Counted from the first letter of the stretch, positions 48,035 to 59,165 are shown. The stretch: 64,000 bases of DNA from Candidatus Lokiarchaeum ossiferum (GCA_025839675.1 CP104013.1:3169121-3233120); one strand, 5' to 3'. Numbers and translations are program-made. Notes: a model not told the origin generated them from the sequence alone.

Positions 48035-51000
48035 CTAAAATTTCATGGTTTGGTTCTTTTTGAAAATGTGACTTTTATAATTGATAATTATTATGGACAC
48101 ACCAAGAAGAGCCAAAACAATAATAATTGGCAAAAAGTTGTTTAAGTTTGGAATATCGTAGTAAAGATAAAATAGAAGAAATTCACTGGATGATCCTCCA
48201 TCCGAATCCCGAACGGTTATCCACAATAAGGTAAAATAATTGATCATATCTGTTTGTAATGATTGATCTCTTATATTACCTGCACGAGAATAATTCAAGC
48301 TTTCTGGGAATGAAAAAACACTACGGTGAGAATTATCTTCCGAATTATATTCAAAATTCAATGTTGGAAATTCTTGAGGATTTAATAAATTAATAAAACC
48401 ATTATAAACCAAGATTGGAACTATTGACGCGACCACTGTCAAATCCTCATTCGAATCTTCAAAAGACACTTTTTCTTCAGTAAATACAGTTAAACTGTAG
48501 GGAGTTCCCAACTTTGCTGAAATAGGATAGATTGATCCACCAGATTGTGTTGTAGAAAATTTTACATTGGAAAAAAGAGATTTTCCAAAATCTATTTCAG
48601 GAATATAATTTTGAACACTGAAAAGAAATCTATCCGGAGAAAAATCAATACATTGAGTAGAAGAATTATCTTGAGTGAAACAATAAGCATATCCCTCACC
48701 GCCCGTAGTGATTTCGGATGAATTTATTTGAATCTTGTAGAAAAAATCAGAGAGATTATGGATACTTACTCTACCTTTCAGTTCGGATAGTCTATTTGAT
48801 GCCAAATATGAATCTGAATAGATTGAAATATATGATTCCAATTGATTGTTTGACGGGCTATTCACATATAAGGCAGGTTTTGATTCAATAGAGCGATTTA
48901 TTTCTACATTATCATCTGTAATATTAGAATACCCCTGAATTTGATAAGGATAATAATAGAACTCAAATGAATCTTGGATTATTTCGGAATTTTTTGCAAT
49001 TTTCGTTACAATCCTAAGTGCTTCTTGACTGGTTGCTTCGTTCTCTAAGAAAAGATTCAGATTAAAATGATTATCAATTTTTTCGATTTGATTTGAAAGA
49101 GGACTTTCTGTACCATTTCCATAAATGATTGTGGTGTTAATGCTTTCTCCAGGGATAAATTCATCTTCAAATTTATTAATATAATTATTAAACACGTTGA
49201 TTGATATATTCAGATAATTTTCTGTTGTATTTTGTCGTTCAAAATCATGAGATATCTCAATTGGATCAAGTGGCATTAAATAATCAACCAAATTTAATAA
49301 TAATTTAGAATGATTTGAGTAATAAGTTGGATCATTATAATATGAATTACCAAAAGTATGGTAATCTCCAAAAGCAACTATTTTTCCCTTTCCATTTTCA
49401 GTCGAATCATAACATGAAACAACACACTTACCATCTATTGAGGCAAGTGCCTCTGCATTTCCAGATGTTTCAAAAGAATTTCCGAACAGAAATTTGAAAC
49501 TATCAATATTTGAAAAGATTGAATGCTGTTGATCTAAGTTCGATACAACGTAAGGTTGAACACTAGCTCCAATTGAATAATCTCTAAAATTGAAAATATT
49601 TTTTTCTGTTATACTTATCCCCGAGTTAAGAGCAGAAAAAAGAGAGTTGATTGAATCAATACACATTTTATTCGATTTTGTACCTAAAAATAAAATTGAT
49701 CCCCCTCTATTAAAGAAGTTTACAATTGTTGTACGTTCAAATTCAGAGTAAGCTAAGATTGGGGTTTGTAAAACGAGCAGATCAATATCAGCTAACGAGC
49801 GAGGTGATAGAATTTCTGCATCCGAACTTGAAAAATATCCTGAAGTCCAATTTTGCATCTTATAAGAAATACTATAGTTTTGATGCGATAAATCATACAT
49901 CATATTATAGAGTTGGATCTGAGAATAGATCGGAGATTCTGAAGGATAAAGGTCATTAAGACCATGAAAACTTTCAAAATAGATCTTCTGTTTAGGAATT
50001 GCAATAGAGATATTAATTAAAACGCTATCTAATATTCTATTTGAAATTCTATCAGTTATATTTACAGTACCAAGTCTATTACCTGCAATGGCAGAATTTT
50101 TTATATGTATTTCCAATGGAAAAGATATAATTCCATGATAATCTAGAGAAAATTCATTTTCGGGAGTATTAAATTCAATTCCGACTAAGTTAGGTAATTC
50201 TATGGAAATATGACATTCAGAGCCAGAATAGATGGAAAAATTCATTCCTTGATAATCTCCAGGAAATCGTAATAAATCAAATGGAGCATAAGGAATTTGT
50301 CTTGGAAAAAGAAGAACTTGATTATTTACACTATCTGCCTGTTTTTTTATATTGCCTAGATAATCCAAAGATTTACTGACATTAATCAACCCAGCACCTT
50401 GAGCAGCACCATATCCTTCAGGAGAGGGTCTTTCTATCACTGAAGAGCCCTTGATGAGTGCATTACGAATGGATTCAGGCGTAGATTCTGGAAAAGCTTC
50501 AAGAAGGATTGCAACGGCCCCAGCTACCATAGGACATGCCATGCTTGTACCAGAAAGAGGTATATAACCAAATTGATTTTTAGAATTAATTAGTGGGTTA
50601 GCATAAGTATAATCCAAGGAAAGAATTGAATCTAAAGAATCGGTGGAAATGATATTTACCCCCGGTGCACAAATATCTGGTCCGATTTGATTTGAAAAGG
50701 AAGGACCAACACTACTAAATGAAGCAACATGATTGTTTATATCAGTTGCACCGACAGATATCGAGTATAACCCCGTTCCAGGAGTTCCTGCAGTATAAAA
50801 ATTTGGGCCGCTATTTCCCGCGGAAGTAACGACAACAATACCCGATTCAACTGCTTTCTGAATGGCCAATGTTTCAACATTCCAAACCTCAGGAATATTC
50901 AAGCCAAAACTCATACTAATAATTTGAACTCCTATTTCCATGCACCATTCAATCGCTGCAACTACATCTGATTCTTCTATAGTTCCACTCGAATTTGAGA

Positions 51001-51883
51001 TTTTCGCATTTATAAATTCAACTTCTGGTGCAACTCCACGAAATTTTCCATTTGATGTTATGCCATTACCTCCAGCTATTCCAGCACAATGAGTTCCATG
51101 ACCATAGCAATCGTAGGTATAATCTTCAATGGAAACGGCTCTTTCGTAGGTAAAATTCTTGCTCGCAAATATTCGAGATTGTGAAGGATTTCCATCTTCA
51201 AAAAAATCGGGGTGAACAGATATACCAGTATCCATAATTGCCAATTTAATGCCTTTACCAGTATAATTTACATTTGACATGCCTATGGCATCCAACCACC
51301 AGTTTTCGTCACTAAAGGGAGCATTCCACTTAGAATTATCTGAAAAAAGGTTTTGAAATCTTGACGAGGCTAAATTAGTTCGATGATCCTGCGATAAAAA
51401 ACGAATTGATCTAAAATTTTCAATATTATCAATAACATGGGCTAAATATTGGTTTTCAACTTCAATTGAAGTACAAGGGAGAATATCATAATTATAACCA
51501 ATCTTAACTTTTGGAAACCAGGTTTTTAATAGTTCTATTCGATTATTTTTTGAAATATGGTCCTGAAAATACACTATAATTTTAACTTCAGTACTTAATG
51601 GTAAATTGTTTGAAATTTCAATCAGTTTTGAATCAATTTTATTGCTTAAACTAAAGAAAGAAGATAATTTTGATTTCGGCTCCATGAAAGATGAATCAAC
51701 ATCCTGATTGAATGATTGGAAAATAATATCCTGATTTTTTTTGAATGTATCTAATTCTCTAATTGATATTGCTTTAGAATTTCGAAAATTCAATGTGGAA
51801 ATAGTAGATATGGGTAATAAAAAGAGAATTATGAATGTTACCAATTTTTGTCTTATTCTTCTTGGAATTTGCATTTTCTTCAC
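48035..51883 (-). CDS. Subtilisin-like serine protease (S8) with signal peptide, large C-terminal extension and C-terminal TM anchor
   Basis: The catalytic triad blocks are DTGISVHPDF, HGTHCAGIAGG and GTSMACPMVAGAVAIL. The N-terminus is MKKMQIPRRIRQKLVTFIILFLL. The C-terminal helix is PIIIVLALLGVSIIII. Confidence 0.85.
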   Translation of the reverse strand: MKKMQIPRRIRQKLVTFIILFLLPISTISTLNFRNSKAISIRELDTFKKNQDIIFQSFNQDVDSSFMEPKSKLSSFFSLSNKIDSKLIEISNNLPLSTEVKIIVYFQDHISKNNRIELLKTWFPKVKIGYNYDILPCTSIEVENQYLAHVIDNIENFRSIRFLSQDHRTNLASSRFQNLFSDNSKWNAPFSDENWWLDAIGMSNVNYTGKGIKLAIMDTGISVHPDFFEDGNPSQSRIFASKNFTYERAVSIEDYTYDCYGHGTHCAGIAGGNGITSNGKFRGVAPEVEFINAKISNSSGTIEESDVVAAIEWCMEIGVQIISMSFGLNIPEVWNVETLAIQKAVESGIVVVTSAGNSGPNFYTAGTPGTGLYSISVGATDINNHVASFSSVGPSFSNQIGPDICAPGVNIISTDSLDSILSLDYTYANPLINSKNQFGYIPLSGTSMACPMVAGAVAILLEAFPESTPESIRNALIKGSSVIERPSPEGYGAAQGAGLINVSKSLDYLGNIKKQADSVNNQVLLFPRQIPYAPFDLLRFPGDYQGMNFSIYSGSECHISIELPNLVGIEFNTPENEFSLDYHGIISFPLEIHIKNSAIAGNRLGTVNITDRISNRILDSVLINISIAIPKQKIYFESFHGLNDLYPSESPIYSQIQLYNMMYDLSHQNYSISYKMQNWTSGYFSSSDAEILSPRSLADIDLLVLQTPILAYSEFERTTIVNFFNRGGSILFLGTKSNKMCIDSINSLFSALNSGISITEKNIFNFRDYSIGASVQPYVVSNLDQQHSIFSNIDSFKFLFGNSFETSGNAEALASIDGKCVVSCYDSTENGKGKIVAFGDYHTFGNSYYNDPTYYSNHSKLLLNLVDYLMPLDPIEISHDFERQNTTENYLNISINVFNNYINKFEDEFIPGESINTTIIYGNGTESPLSNQIEKIDNHFNLNLFLENEATSQEALRIVTKIAKNSEIIQDSFEFYYYPYQIQGYSNITDDNVEINRSIESKPALYVNSPSNNQLESYISIYSDSYLASNRLSELKGRVSIHNLSDFFYKIQINSSEITTGGEGYAYCFTQDNSSTQCIDFSPDRFLFSVQNYIPEIDFGKSLFSNVKFSTTQSGGSIYPISAKLGTPYSLTVFTEEKVSFEDSNEDLTVVASIVPILVYNGFINLLNPQEFPTLNFEYNSEDNSHRSVFSFPESLNYSRAGNIRDQSLQTDMINYFTLLWITVRDSDGGSSSEFLLFYLYYDIPNLNNFLPIIIVLALLGVSIIIINYKSHIFKKNQTMKF

Positions 51884-52282
51884 ATTATTATTTATATTGT
51901 AAGATCAATAGAAATGAAAAAATTTTAAATTTATGTCGAACAACTCTCTTTATATCAAAATATATGTGATAATTATGGGATTATATACATTAGTTGAACA
52001 ATTATTGCCAGAATCATTTTCACTTTATCAATTTATGGCAGTGTTAGATATGGAACAAGATGATGCACGTGAAGCTCGAAATATTTTAAAGCAATTCTAT
52101 TTACGAGGTTTAGTTAAAAGAAATTCAAAAAATATGTACATTAAGGTAAAGTAAATTTCAAACAATCTTTTTTCTAATTCTCTACTACAACCAATAACAC
52201 GAAGCTAGATCGTACTTAAAAAGTGATTTAAATTTTTACCCAAAATTCAATAAATTTAATGACTTCATATATAATTATATAA

Positions 52283-52666
52283 ATGAAAATTTGTAAAACA
52301 TGTGGAATTTGTTGTCAATCAACTGAAATGGAACTAAGCATAAAAGACATTAATAGGATTGAAGAATCAAATAAAACTAAACATACAAAAGACGATTTTT
52401 GCTCTTTTGAAAATGGTTATTATTTATTAAAAAACGTCAATAATAGTTGCATTTTTTATGATTTAAAACTAAAACAATGCCAAATTTATTCTGTTCGCCC
52501 CGAAGGATGCAGATTTTATCCAATGATCTATAATATAGACCAAGATAAATGTGAGCTAGATTCTGATTGTCCGTATAGGAATCAATTTTACCAACATCCT
52601 CCAGTTTTTAAAACCAAATGTAAAGCTTTAAGAAAATGGGTAAATGCAAATCTACTGAAAGATTAG
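52283..52666 (+). CDS. YkgJ-type Fe-S/Zn-chelating (CxxCxxCC) domain protein
   Basis: N-terminal MKICKTCGICCQS plus additional conserved Cys (CIFYD...CQIY...GCRFYP). Confidence 0.5.
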   Translation: MKICKTCGICCQSTEMELSIKDINRIEESNKTKHTKDDFCSFENGYYLLKNVNNSCIFYDLKLKQCQIYSVRPEGCRFYPMIYNIDQDKCELDSDCPYRNQFYQHPPVFKTKCKALRKWVNANLLKD

Positions 52667-52708
52667 GAACAAATAAATAAATTTTAAAATAAAATCATAT
52701 TCAATAGT

Positions 52709-53221
52709 ATGGAGCATAAAATGTCAGATATCCCCTTAGAAAAAGAAACAAAAAGACTGTATGTTGAAAGAATTTGTAATGGCACAGTGATTGATCACAT
52801 CAGAGCAGGTTTTGCGTTTTCTGTACTAAAAATTCTTGGTTTAGAAGGTAGAGACGGCAAGCTAATTACAGTTGGAATTAATGTTAAATCCAATTCATCA
52901 CAAAGTGGTAAAAAAGATATTGTGAAAGTTGAAAATATTTTATTAGATGAAAAACAAATCCACCAAATAGCCCTTATCTCCCCAATGTGCAAAGTTTCTT
53001 TCATTGAAGATTATAAAGTTGTGGAAAAATTAGTAGTCAAAATACCAGAGATGATATTAGGAATAATTAAGTGTCCTAATGAGAAATGCATAACAAATGT
53101 AGAACGGGAACCTGTAGCAACAGAATTTAAAGTACTTAAAGAAGAACCTTTGAAAGTAGCGTGTAACTATTGTGAACGAATTGTTTATAAAGAAGAAATG
53201 TTACGCACAAGTTTTTCTTGA
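52709..53221 (+). CDS. pyrI: Aspartate carbamoyltransferase regulatory subunit PyrI
   Basis: ICNGTVIDHIRAG is the allosteric-domain signature. The C-terminal Zn domain is CPNEKCITN...CNYCER. It aligns along its length with E. coli PyrI. No pyrB gene is adjacent. Confidence 0.8.
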   Translation: MEHKMSDIPLEKETKRLYVERICNGTVIDHIRAGFAFSVLKILGLEGRDGKLITVGINVKSNSSQSGKKDIVKVENILLDEKQIHQIALISPMCKVSFIEDYKVVEKLVVKIPEMILGIIKCPNEKCITNVEREPVATEFKVLKEEPLKVACNYCERIVYKEEMLRTSFS

Positions 53222-53309
53222 GAAAAAGTAAAAAACCAAAATTTTTTTGATTACTTTTAATTTTGATCATGTAGTTTTAACAACCAATATAATTATAATG
53301 TGAAAAGAA

Positions 53310-54674
53310 GTGGCTAAGAAAAAAAAGAAAAAAATAATGTACAAGGTAAAAACGAAGGAAAAAGTCGCAGATATTGAGAAAAAAAAAGAGATAACCAAAG
53401 AAGAAAAATTCTATTGGGTTAGAGTTGCTGTTGCTGCTGTTTCCGCACTTTTAGGAGTACTGGTCTTTAAACTTGTCGGTTGGTGGATGTTTTTGTATAT
53501 GATGCTGCTACTTTTGGGATGGCCGTTCATTCAAAGTTTCTTAATATTTAAATTACCCTATCAAAAAGATAAGTGGGATTGGAAACAGATATTAAAAACT
53601 GGGATCGGAGGTCATTTCTTTACATTCATGTTCATCTCTACAATTTGTTTTACTCTTGTATCTTATCCTGCTTGGGATGATCAATTAAGTAATCCCGCTG
53701 ATACCTACGATATCCAAATCGAAGGAAATATGGTGTATATTGCAGATGGTACAAATGGATTTGTTATTTTGGATATCACCAATCCGAATCACAGAGAATT
53801 GATGAGTTCTTATAAAATAGATGGGCTTAATGCACAAAAAATTTTTGTTGCCGATGATATTGGCTATTTAGCAGATTCAAATAATTCAATTCTCCTTTTT
53901 GATTTAAGCGATGAAACTAATCCAATATTGTTATCTAAATACCAATATTCTAATAGCATTGCAAGTATTTCTGTACAAGGTAATTTAGCATATGTAGCAA
54001 TAGGAAATGAAGGTTTATCTATTTTAGACGTATCAACTCCATCGAACCCATCTCAAGTAGGAAAAATTGATGGAAGCATAAGTGATGTTGTAGTAATTAA
54101 TAATACAGCATATTTGACAGATTTTAATGAGGGTTTGAAAATAGTGAATGTATCAGATGCTACCCATCCTATTATTATGTCAACACTCAATTTAGAAGGC
54201 CAAATGATGGATTTGGAAATTTCGGATTCCATAATTTTCATTGCTGCTGGTGAAAAAGGAATGCATATTGTTAATTCAAGTGTATTAGACAGCCCCCAAT
54301 TACTTGGAAGTTATAATTCAACAGCAAATGCAAGTTCTATCGTTGTTAATGGAGAATCAGCATATTTATCAAATGGAGAACAAGGAATTTCATTTATTGA
54401 TATTTCAGATTTATCGAATCCTGTAAATATAACGGATGATAAACTCTACAATACAATCGGTCCAGCTTATGATTTAGCAATTTACAATGATTATTTGGTT
54501 GTAGCTGATGGGACAAAAGGATTAACATTGATCTATCTCCCAGAACCAGCAGCTGAACCAGATGAAATTGTTGCTACTGCAAATAAAACTATCCCCTTTG
54601 GATGGACATGGGGAATTATATCGCTGATAACTGTAACAAGTTTAGTTTCCGCAATTAAAAAGAGAGAAAACTAA
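53310..54674 (+). CDS. LVIVD-repeat beta-propeller surface protein with N-terminal TM segments and C-terminal TM anchor
   Basis: Repeats such as NMVYIADGTNGFVILDITNP and NLAYVAIGNEGLSILDVSTP recur about 8 times. The N-terminus is K-rich and followed by hydrophobic helices. Confidence 0.6.
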   Translation: MAKKKKKKIMYKVKTKEKVADIEKKKEITKEEKFYWVRVAVAAVSALLGVLVFKLVGWWMFLYMMLLLLGWPFIQSFLIFKLPYQKDKWDWKQILKTGIGGHFFTFMFISTICFTLVSYPAWDDQLSNPADTYDIQIEGNMVYIADGTNGFVILDITNPNHRELMSSYKIDGLNAQKIFVADDIGYLADSNNSILLFDLSDETNPILLSKYQYSNSIASISVQGNLAYVAIGNEGLSILDVSTPSNPSQVGKIDGSISDVVVINNTAYLTDFNEGLKIVNVSDATHPIIMSTLNLEGQMMDLEISDSIIFIAAGEKGMHIVNSSVLDSPQLLGSYNSTANASSIVVNGESAYLSNGEQGISFIDISDLSNPVNITDDKLYNTIGPAYDLAIYNDYLVVADGTKGLTLIYLPEPAAEPDEIVATANKTIPFGWTWGIISLITVTSLVSAIKKREN

Positions 54675-54738
54675 ACAATTTTAATTCTATTTTTTTAAAT
54701 ATTAATTTTAACAATATTCTAAAAGGATTGCAATCAAA

Positions 54739-56874
54739 ATGGCAACCAATATAAATAATCTCAAACTAATCAAGAAATCCATCAGCAATATCGATATTTT
54801 TGTCCTTTCTCATGAATTAAATGCAGTTTTGGAAGATGGTTTTATTCAAAACATTTACGAAGTACCAAGTAAAGAAGGGAAAATACTTCTAATCAAATGT
54901 AGATCAAAGGATGGAAAAAAAAACATCATCATTGATCCAAAACGAAGAATCAATTTCACTGAATTTACTTATCCTGTTCCCCCTTTTCCATCACAATTTA
55001 TTACTTCGCTTAGAAAATATATGAAAGGGAGGAGGATTGAACGGGTTTATCAGTATAAACTCGATCGAATACTAATATTTCAATTAAAATCTTCAGAAGG
55101 AAAACCATGGAAATTCATAGTCGAGTTTTTTGGAGGGGGAAATTATATTCTGGTAGATGGAGATGATATGACGTACATGGCTAAAAGTTATAAAAAAATG
55201 CGAGATCGAGCCATTCTTGCAAAAAAACCTTATTTATATCCCCCTTCAAGGGGTGTGGATTTGTGGGATATTAATGACGATTTATTCATTGATCATTTAA
55301 AAGAGTCCACAGGTGAGCTGGTAAGAATTATTGCCCGTTCTTTTAATGTTGGAGGGGCTTTTTCCGAAGAAATTTGTAAAAGGGCAAATATTGATAAAAA
55401 ATCGGAAGTTACTAACCTATCTAATGATCAAATGTGTCTCATTTATAATACAACGAAAAATATGATAGAATCTCTTCAAAAATCGAAATTTTCTCCTAGA
55501 CTAATTCTAAATAAAGAAAATATTCCAGTTGGATTTGAACCTATTGAGATGCAATTATATTCGAACTTCGATTCAAAAAAATTAGAAAGTTTTAATCAAG
55601 TTGTTGATGAATTTTTCTCTAGATTTGATTCGGATGAAATTTTTGATGGAGAAGTAAAAGAATCTCAAGGAAAATTATCGAAAAACGAGAAAATATTAAA
55701 AAAGCAATTAGAAAAAATTGATGAATCAAAAAAAATTCGCGAAAGATCGATAACACAAGGACATTTAATTTATCAATATATACCTCAGATAGACACGTTA
55801 ATTAATACAATAATGACTCAAAAACGAGAAAAAAAGAGATCTTGGAAAGAAATTACAAATATATTAAAAATGGGAAAAGAAAAACAAATTCCAGAATGTT
55901 TAATTTTTGATAAAATTTTTGAAAAAGAAGTGGCTGTTCAAATAAAACTGGAAGAGAATTTGTTTAAACTTGATCTAAAGAAAAGTGCCATTGATAATGC
56001 TCAAATAATTTACGATAGAGCAAAAAAAGCGAAGAAAAAGATAATTGGGGCTAAAAAAGCATCAATCGATACAAAAAAGAAAATAGAAAGACAAAAGGAA
56101 GTCCATGAAGATGTTGAAGCAAGAAAAGCTATACTCTTAAAACGTCCAAAAATGAAATGGTACGAAAAATTTAGATGGTTCATTTCAAGCGATAATTTTT
56201 TAATAGTAGGGGGAAGAGATGCCTCATCAAATGAAGCAATTGTAAAAAAACATATGAGCAAAAACGATCTTTTCTTTCATACTGACGTTAGAGGTGCTTC
56301 AGTGTGTATAATAAAGAATGATGATAATCTAAATATTCCAGAACAAACTATTAAAGAGACTGCGAATTTTGCATCTTGTTATTCATCAGCATGGAAACAA
56401 GGATGGGGAAACGCCGACATATTTTACGTTCATCCCGAGCAAATATCGAAATCTCCCAAATCAGGGGAATATCTAAAAAAGGGCTCTTTTATTGTAAACG
56501 GAACGAAAAATTTCTTAACCAAACCATTTCTTGAAATTGGAATAGGAGTTAAATTAATTTCTGCAAATGATCAAAATGAGGAAGAGGCAGATTCCACAAA
56601 TGAAAACTCTTCTTTAAATGAAGAGGGAGAGGAAAAACAATTCTATCCAATGGTGTTGGCTGGTCCAATTTCTGCATTAAAATTACAAACTAACAATTTC
56701 GTTCGAATAAAACCATCTAAAAGTGGGTTAAAAACGAGTAAACTTGCGAAGAAAATTCTTGGAAAATTTATTTTCAAAGCGAGACCTTCAGAAAAAAAAT
56801 GGGTCCGATTAACCTCTATCGATGATCTCATCCGTATAATTCCAACCGGTTCAGCTGAAATAGCTCAAAAATAA
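54739..56874 (+). CDS. NFACT-family protein (archaeal Rqc2/NEMF/FbpA homolog)
   Basis: The N-terminal NFACT-N is NIDIFVLSHELNAVLEDGFIQNIYEV. Coiled-coil middle. NFACT-R/DUF814 region FHTDVRGASVCIIKN...ADIFYVHPEQISKS. Confidence 0.7.
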   Translation: MATNINNLKLIKKSISNIDIFVLSHELNAVLEDGFIQNIYEVPSKEGKILLIKCRSKDGKKNIIIDPKRRINFTEFTYPVPPFPSQFITSLRKYMKGRRIERVYQYKLDRILIFQLKSSEGKPWKFIVEFFGGGNYILVDGDDMTYMAKSYKKMRDRAILAKKPYLYPPSRGVDLWDINDDLFIDHLKESTGELVRIIARSFNVGGAFSEEICKRANIDKKSEVTNLSNDQMCLIYNTTKNMIESLQKSKFSPRLILNKENIPVGFEPIEMQLYSNFDSKKLESFNQVVDEFFSRFDSDEIFDGEVKESQGKLSKNEKILKKQLEKIDESKKIRERSITQGHLIYQYIPQIDTLINTIMTQKREKKRSWKEITNILKMGKEKQIPECLIFDKIFEKEVAVQIKLEENLFKLDLKKSAIDNAQIIYDRAKKAKKKIIGAKKASIDTKKKIERQKEVHEDVEARKAILLKRPKMKWYEKFRWFISSDNFLIVGGRDASSNEAIVKKHMSKNDLFFHTDVRGASVCIIKNDDNLNIPEQTIKETANFASCYSSAWKQGWGNADIFYVHPEQISKSPKSGEYLKKGSFIVNGTKNFLTKPFLEIGIGVKLISANDQNEEEADSTNENSSLNEEGEEKQFYPMVLAGPISALKLQTNNFVRIKPSKSGLKTSKLAKKILGKFIFKARPSEKKWVRLTSIDDLIRIIPTGSAEIAQK

Positions 56875-57197
56875 AATTAATAACTAAGATTCTTTTTTTC
56901 TTTCGGTTTCTTCAATTCTTTTTTCCAGATTATGTAATTTCCCTTCTAATCGTTCCACAGTAGATGATAAGGACTGAATTATTTTCTGAAGATTTCCAGC
57001 AACAGCTCCAAAGTGATCTAGGCTTTCTGCTAATTGATCTTCTTCAAATACATCCTCTATTGTATTTTCTTCACTGATATTATTAGTTTTGCTTGTTATG
57101 GAAGTTTTATTTGAAACCTTTTTTTGCATAAACACCATTTCCGGTATCATCACGATATTGTTCAGGAATAAATAAAAATTTATTTATATATTCTTTG

Positions 57198-57347
57198 ATG
57201 AAATTAATTACATTAAATCTTCCGGAACCATATCTTGAGGGACTTGAAAAATTGGTTCAAGAAGAACTCTATCCAAATCGATCTGAAGCAATCAGGCACG
57301 CAGTTCGCGATTTAATAAGAAAGGAAAAAGCATTTACTCCATTATAA
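57198..57347 (+). CDS. Ribbon-helix-helix (NikR N-domain/CopG-like) regulator, 49 aa
   Basis: ATG at 57198. The translation is MKLITLNLPEPYLEGLEKLVQEELYPNRSEAIRHAVRDLIRKEKAFTPL. The motif YPNRSEAIR.AVRDL is typical of RHH. It is below the ORF-track size cutoff. Confidence 0.5.
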   Translation: MKLITLNLPEPYLEGLEKLVQEELYPNRSEAIRHAVRDLIRKEKAFTPL

Positions 57348-57393
57348 TATTTAAAGAAAAACAAAAAGTGCAAAAAAAGGATGGATATTTGAC

Positions 57394-57915
57394 TTATTCA
57401 ATATCTAATTCGTTGTTAACTTTCCCTTGAATAAAATACATATATGTTAGGACAATCGCAACTCCGCAAGCACAAATCACAAAAATTAACCCACTTGTAG
57501 TTGCTTGAATTAACGTAATTATTAATAGTACCAATAATTCTTTCCAAGACATTAAATATCCAGATAATTCTCGATAATTAGCAACTGAAATTAAAGTAAA
57601 GAAGAAGAATGCAATGATTGAAATTGTTTTGATAAGGATATCTGCAATATAAATAAAGGGCATTCCTTCATTATTCTCAACTTTAAGTGCTGCTTCATTA
57701 ACCAAATCAACCCACCCATTAATAGCTAATCCATTGAATAAAAATGAAATGATCAAAAATATAGCAGCAATGAGATATGTTATGAAAGATGACTTAAACA
57801 TAGATTGTTTCAATATTGCTTTTTGATTTTCTAAATCACGTAATTTTTCTTGTCGAGTTTTTTTCTTTTTTTCAATTTTTGGCATTTTACTTTCCCCCCT
57901 CACGAATTTCTCCAA
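57394..57915 (-). CDS. Polytopic membrane protein (173 aa), hypothetical
   Basis: 3-4 hydrophobic helices. It overlaps the upstream gene by 29 nt, which suggests an operon. Confidence 0.45.
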   Translation of the reverse strand: MEKFVRGESKMPKIEKKKKTRQEKLRDLENQKAILKQSMFKSSFITYLIAAIFLIISFLFNGLAINGWVDLVNEAALKVENNEGMPFIYIADILIKTISIIAFFFFTLISVANYRELSGYLMSWKELLVLLIITLIQATTSGLIFVICACGVAIVLTYMYFIQGKVNNELDIE

Positions 57916-58717
57916 CTTTTGATTTGGAAGACATTAAGACAAGGCCATACACAACAAAAATGCTTGAAACAGAAATCATAACGATTATTATATATTTTTC
58001 GACATTTATATCTACCTCTATAACTGTATCATCTGTTGCACTAGATTCTCGTCCAATTTGAATTAATAATGGGTCAGATTCATATATCACTTCATTTGTA
58101 AAATTTAATCCAACTTTGATGGCATAAGTACCTCTTCCTACAATTATAGCATCTTGACTTGAATTTGTTGAATTCGATTTAACTTTAAATTCATAATATC
58201 TAGTCTCAGGGTTTGTAGTATTGCTATATCTTGCTTTTCCTTCAAATGAGACAGTAGAACTTGCATCAGAATCTGTTACATATTCCCCATCAGATAAAAA
58301 TAAGTCTTGACTGGTAGAAGTCTCATTCCCCTTTTCATCAGCATTCAACATCGTAATTTGCTTCTTATCATAGAAATTTTCAGATGAATTATCAGAAGAA
58401 ATTTGAATTGAGAATGTTTCAGAAGATGAGGTACAAATAAAATCTGTTTCAATCAGAAAATATAGATTGTTCTCATCATGTTGTACAAAAAGTTTAAATT
58501 GTAAATCTAAATAACATACTGAAGAATTGATACCTTCAGCCAACCATGAATCATCTATATTACCATTAATCTCGGGAGAATTACTAAGATTGTTTGAAAT
58601 AATCTCCGTACGACTCCAATTACCCGATTGAGCAGAACCCATTAAGATGGATGAAGAGATTATTGAAACGGAGAAAAGTAATAAGATAGATATTGAAATA
58701 CTTTTTCGCGACATCAT
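57887..58717 (-). CDS. Secreted, S/T/N-rich protein with signal peptide and C-terminal TM anchor (276 aa)
   Basis: MMSRKSISISILLLFSVSIISSSILMGSAQS is a signal peptide. The C-terminus is YIIIVMISVSSIFVVYGLVLMSSKSK. Confidence 0.5.
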   Translation of the reverse strand: MMSRKSISISILLLFSVSIISSSILMGSAQSGNWSRTEIISNNLSNSPEINGNIDDSWLAEGINSSVCYLDLQFKLFVQHDENNLYFLIETDFICTSSSETFSIQISSDNSSENFYDKKQITMLNADEKGNETSTSQDLFLSDGEYVTDSDASSTVSFEGKARYSNTTNPETRYYEFKVKSNSTNSSQDAIIVGRGTYAIKVGLNFTNEVIYESDPLLIQIGRESSATDDTVIEVDINVEKYIIIVMISVSSIFVVYGLVLMSSKSKVGEIREGGK

Positions 58718-58982
58718 TTACACTATATTCTCCAAATTATGAAAATTTTTTAAACTTGTTGTTCAATTATTTTGTCATAATGAAATTGAAAGGTTAATTT
58801 TTCAAAATTCAGTTTTAAGACTTAAAATACAAAGATTTGAGTTTTCAATTTATATTCGTTACTTCGATGCAGACAAAATTCGATAAAATATATATCTCTA
58901 CATAATATGCAATATTAATTAGCTTTATTTCTCCATATTATTTAGATATTATTCACGTATATCGAATAGGATTTGATTTAAA

Positions 58983-59165
58983 ATGAGATTAATAACAGTT
59001 CACTTGCCGGAAGCTTATCTTGCTGGAATTGACAAATTAGTTACAAATGAAGCCTACCCCAACCGATCTGAAACCATCAGAGTAGCCGTTCGTGATTTGC
59101 TCAAAGCTGAATTAGGTGGATTTATAAGATATGAAACGAAAGAAGTTCCAGATCTTCTGAATTAA
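58983..59165 (+). CDS. Ribbon-helix-helix (NikR N-domain/CopG-like) regulator, 60 aa (paralog of 57198..57347)
   Basis: MRLITVHLPEAYLAGIDKLVTNEAYPNRSETIRVAVRDLLKAELGG. It is divergent from the secreted-protein operon. Confidence 0.55.
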   Translation: MRLITVHLPEAYLAGIDKLVTNEAYPNRSETIRVAVRDLLKAELGGFIRYETKEVPDLLN

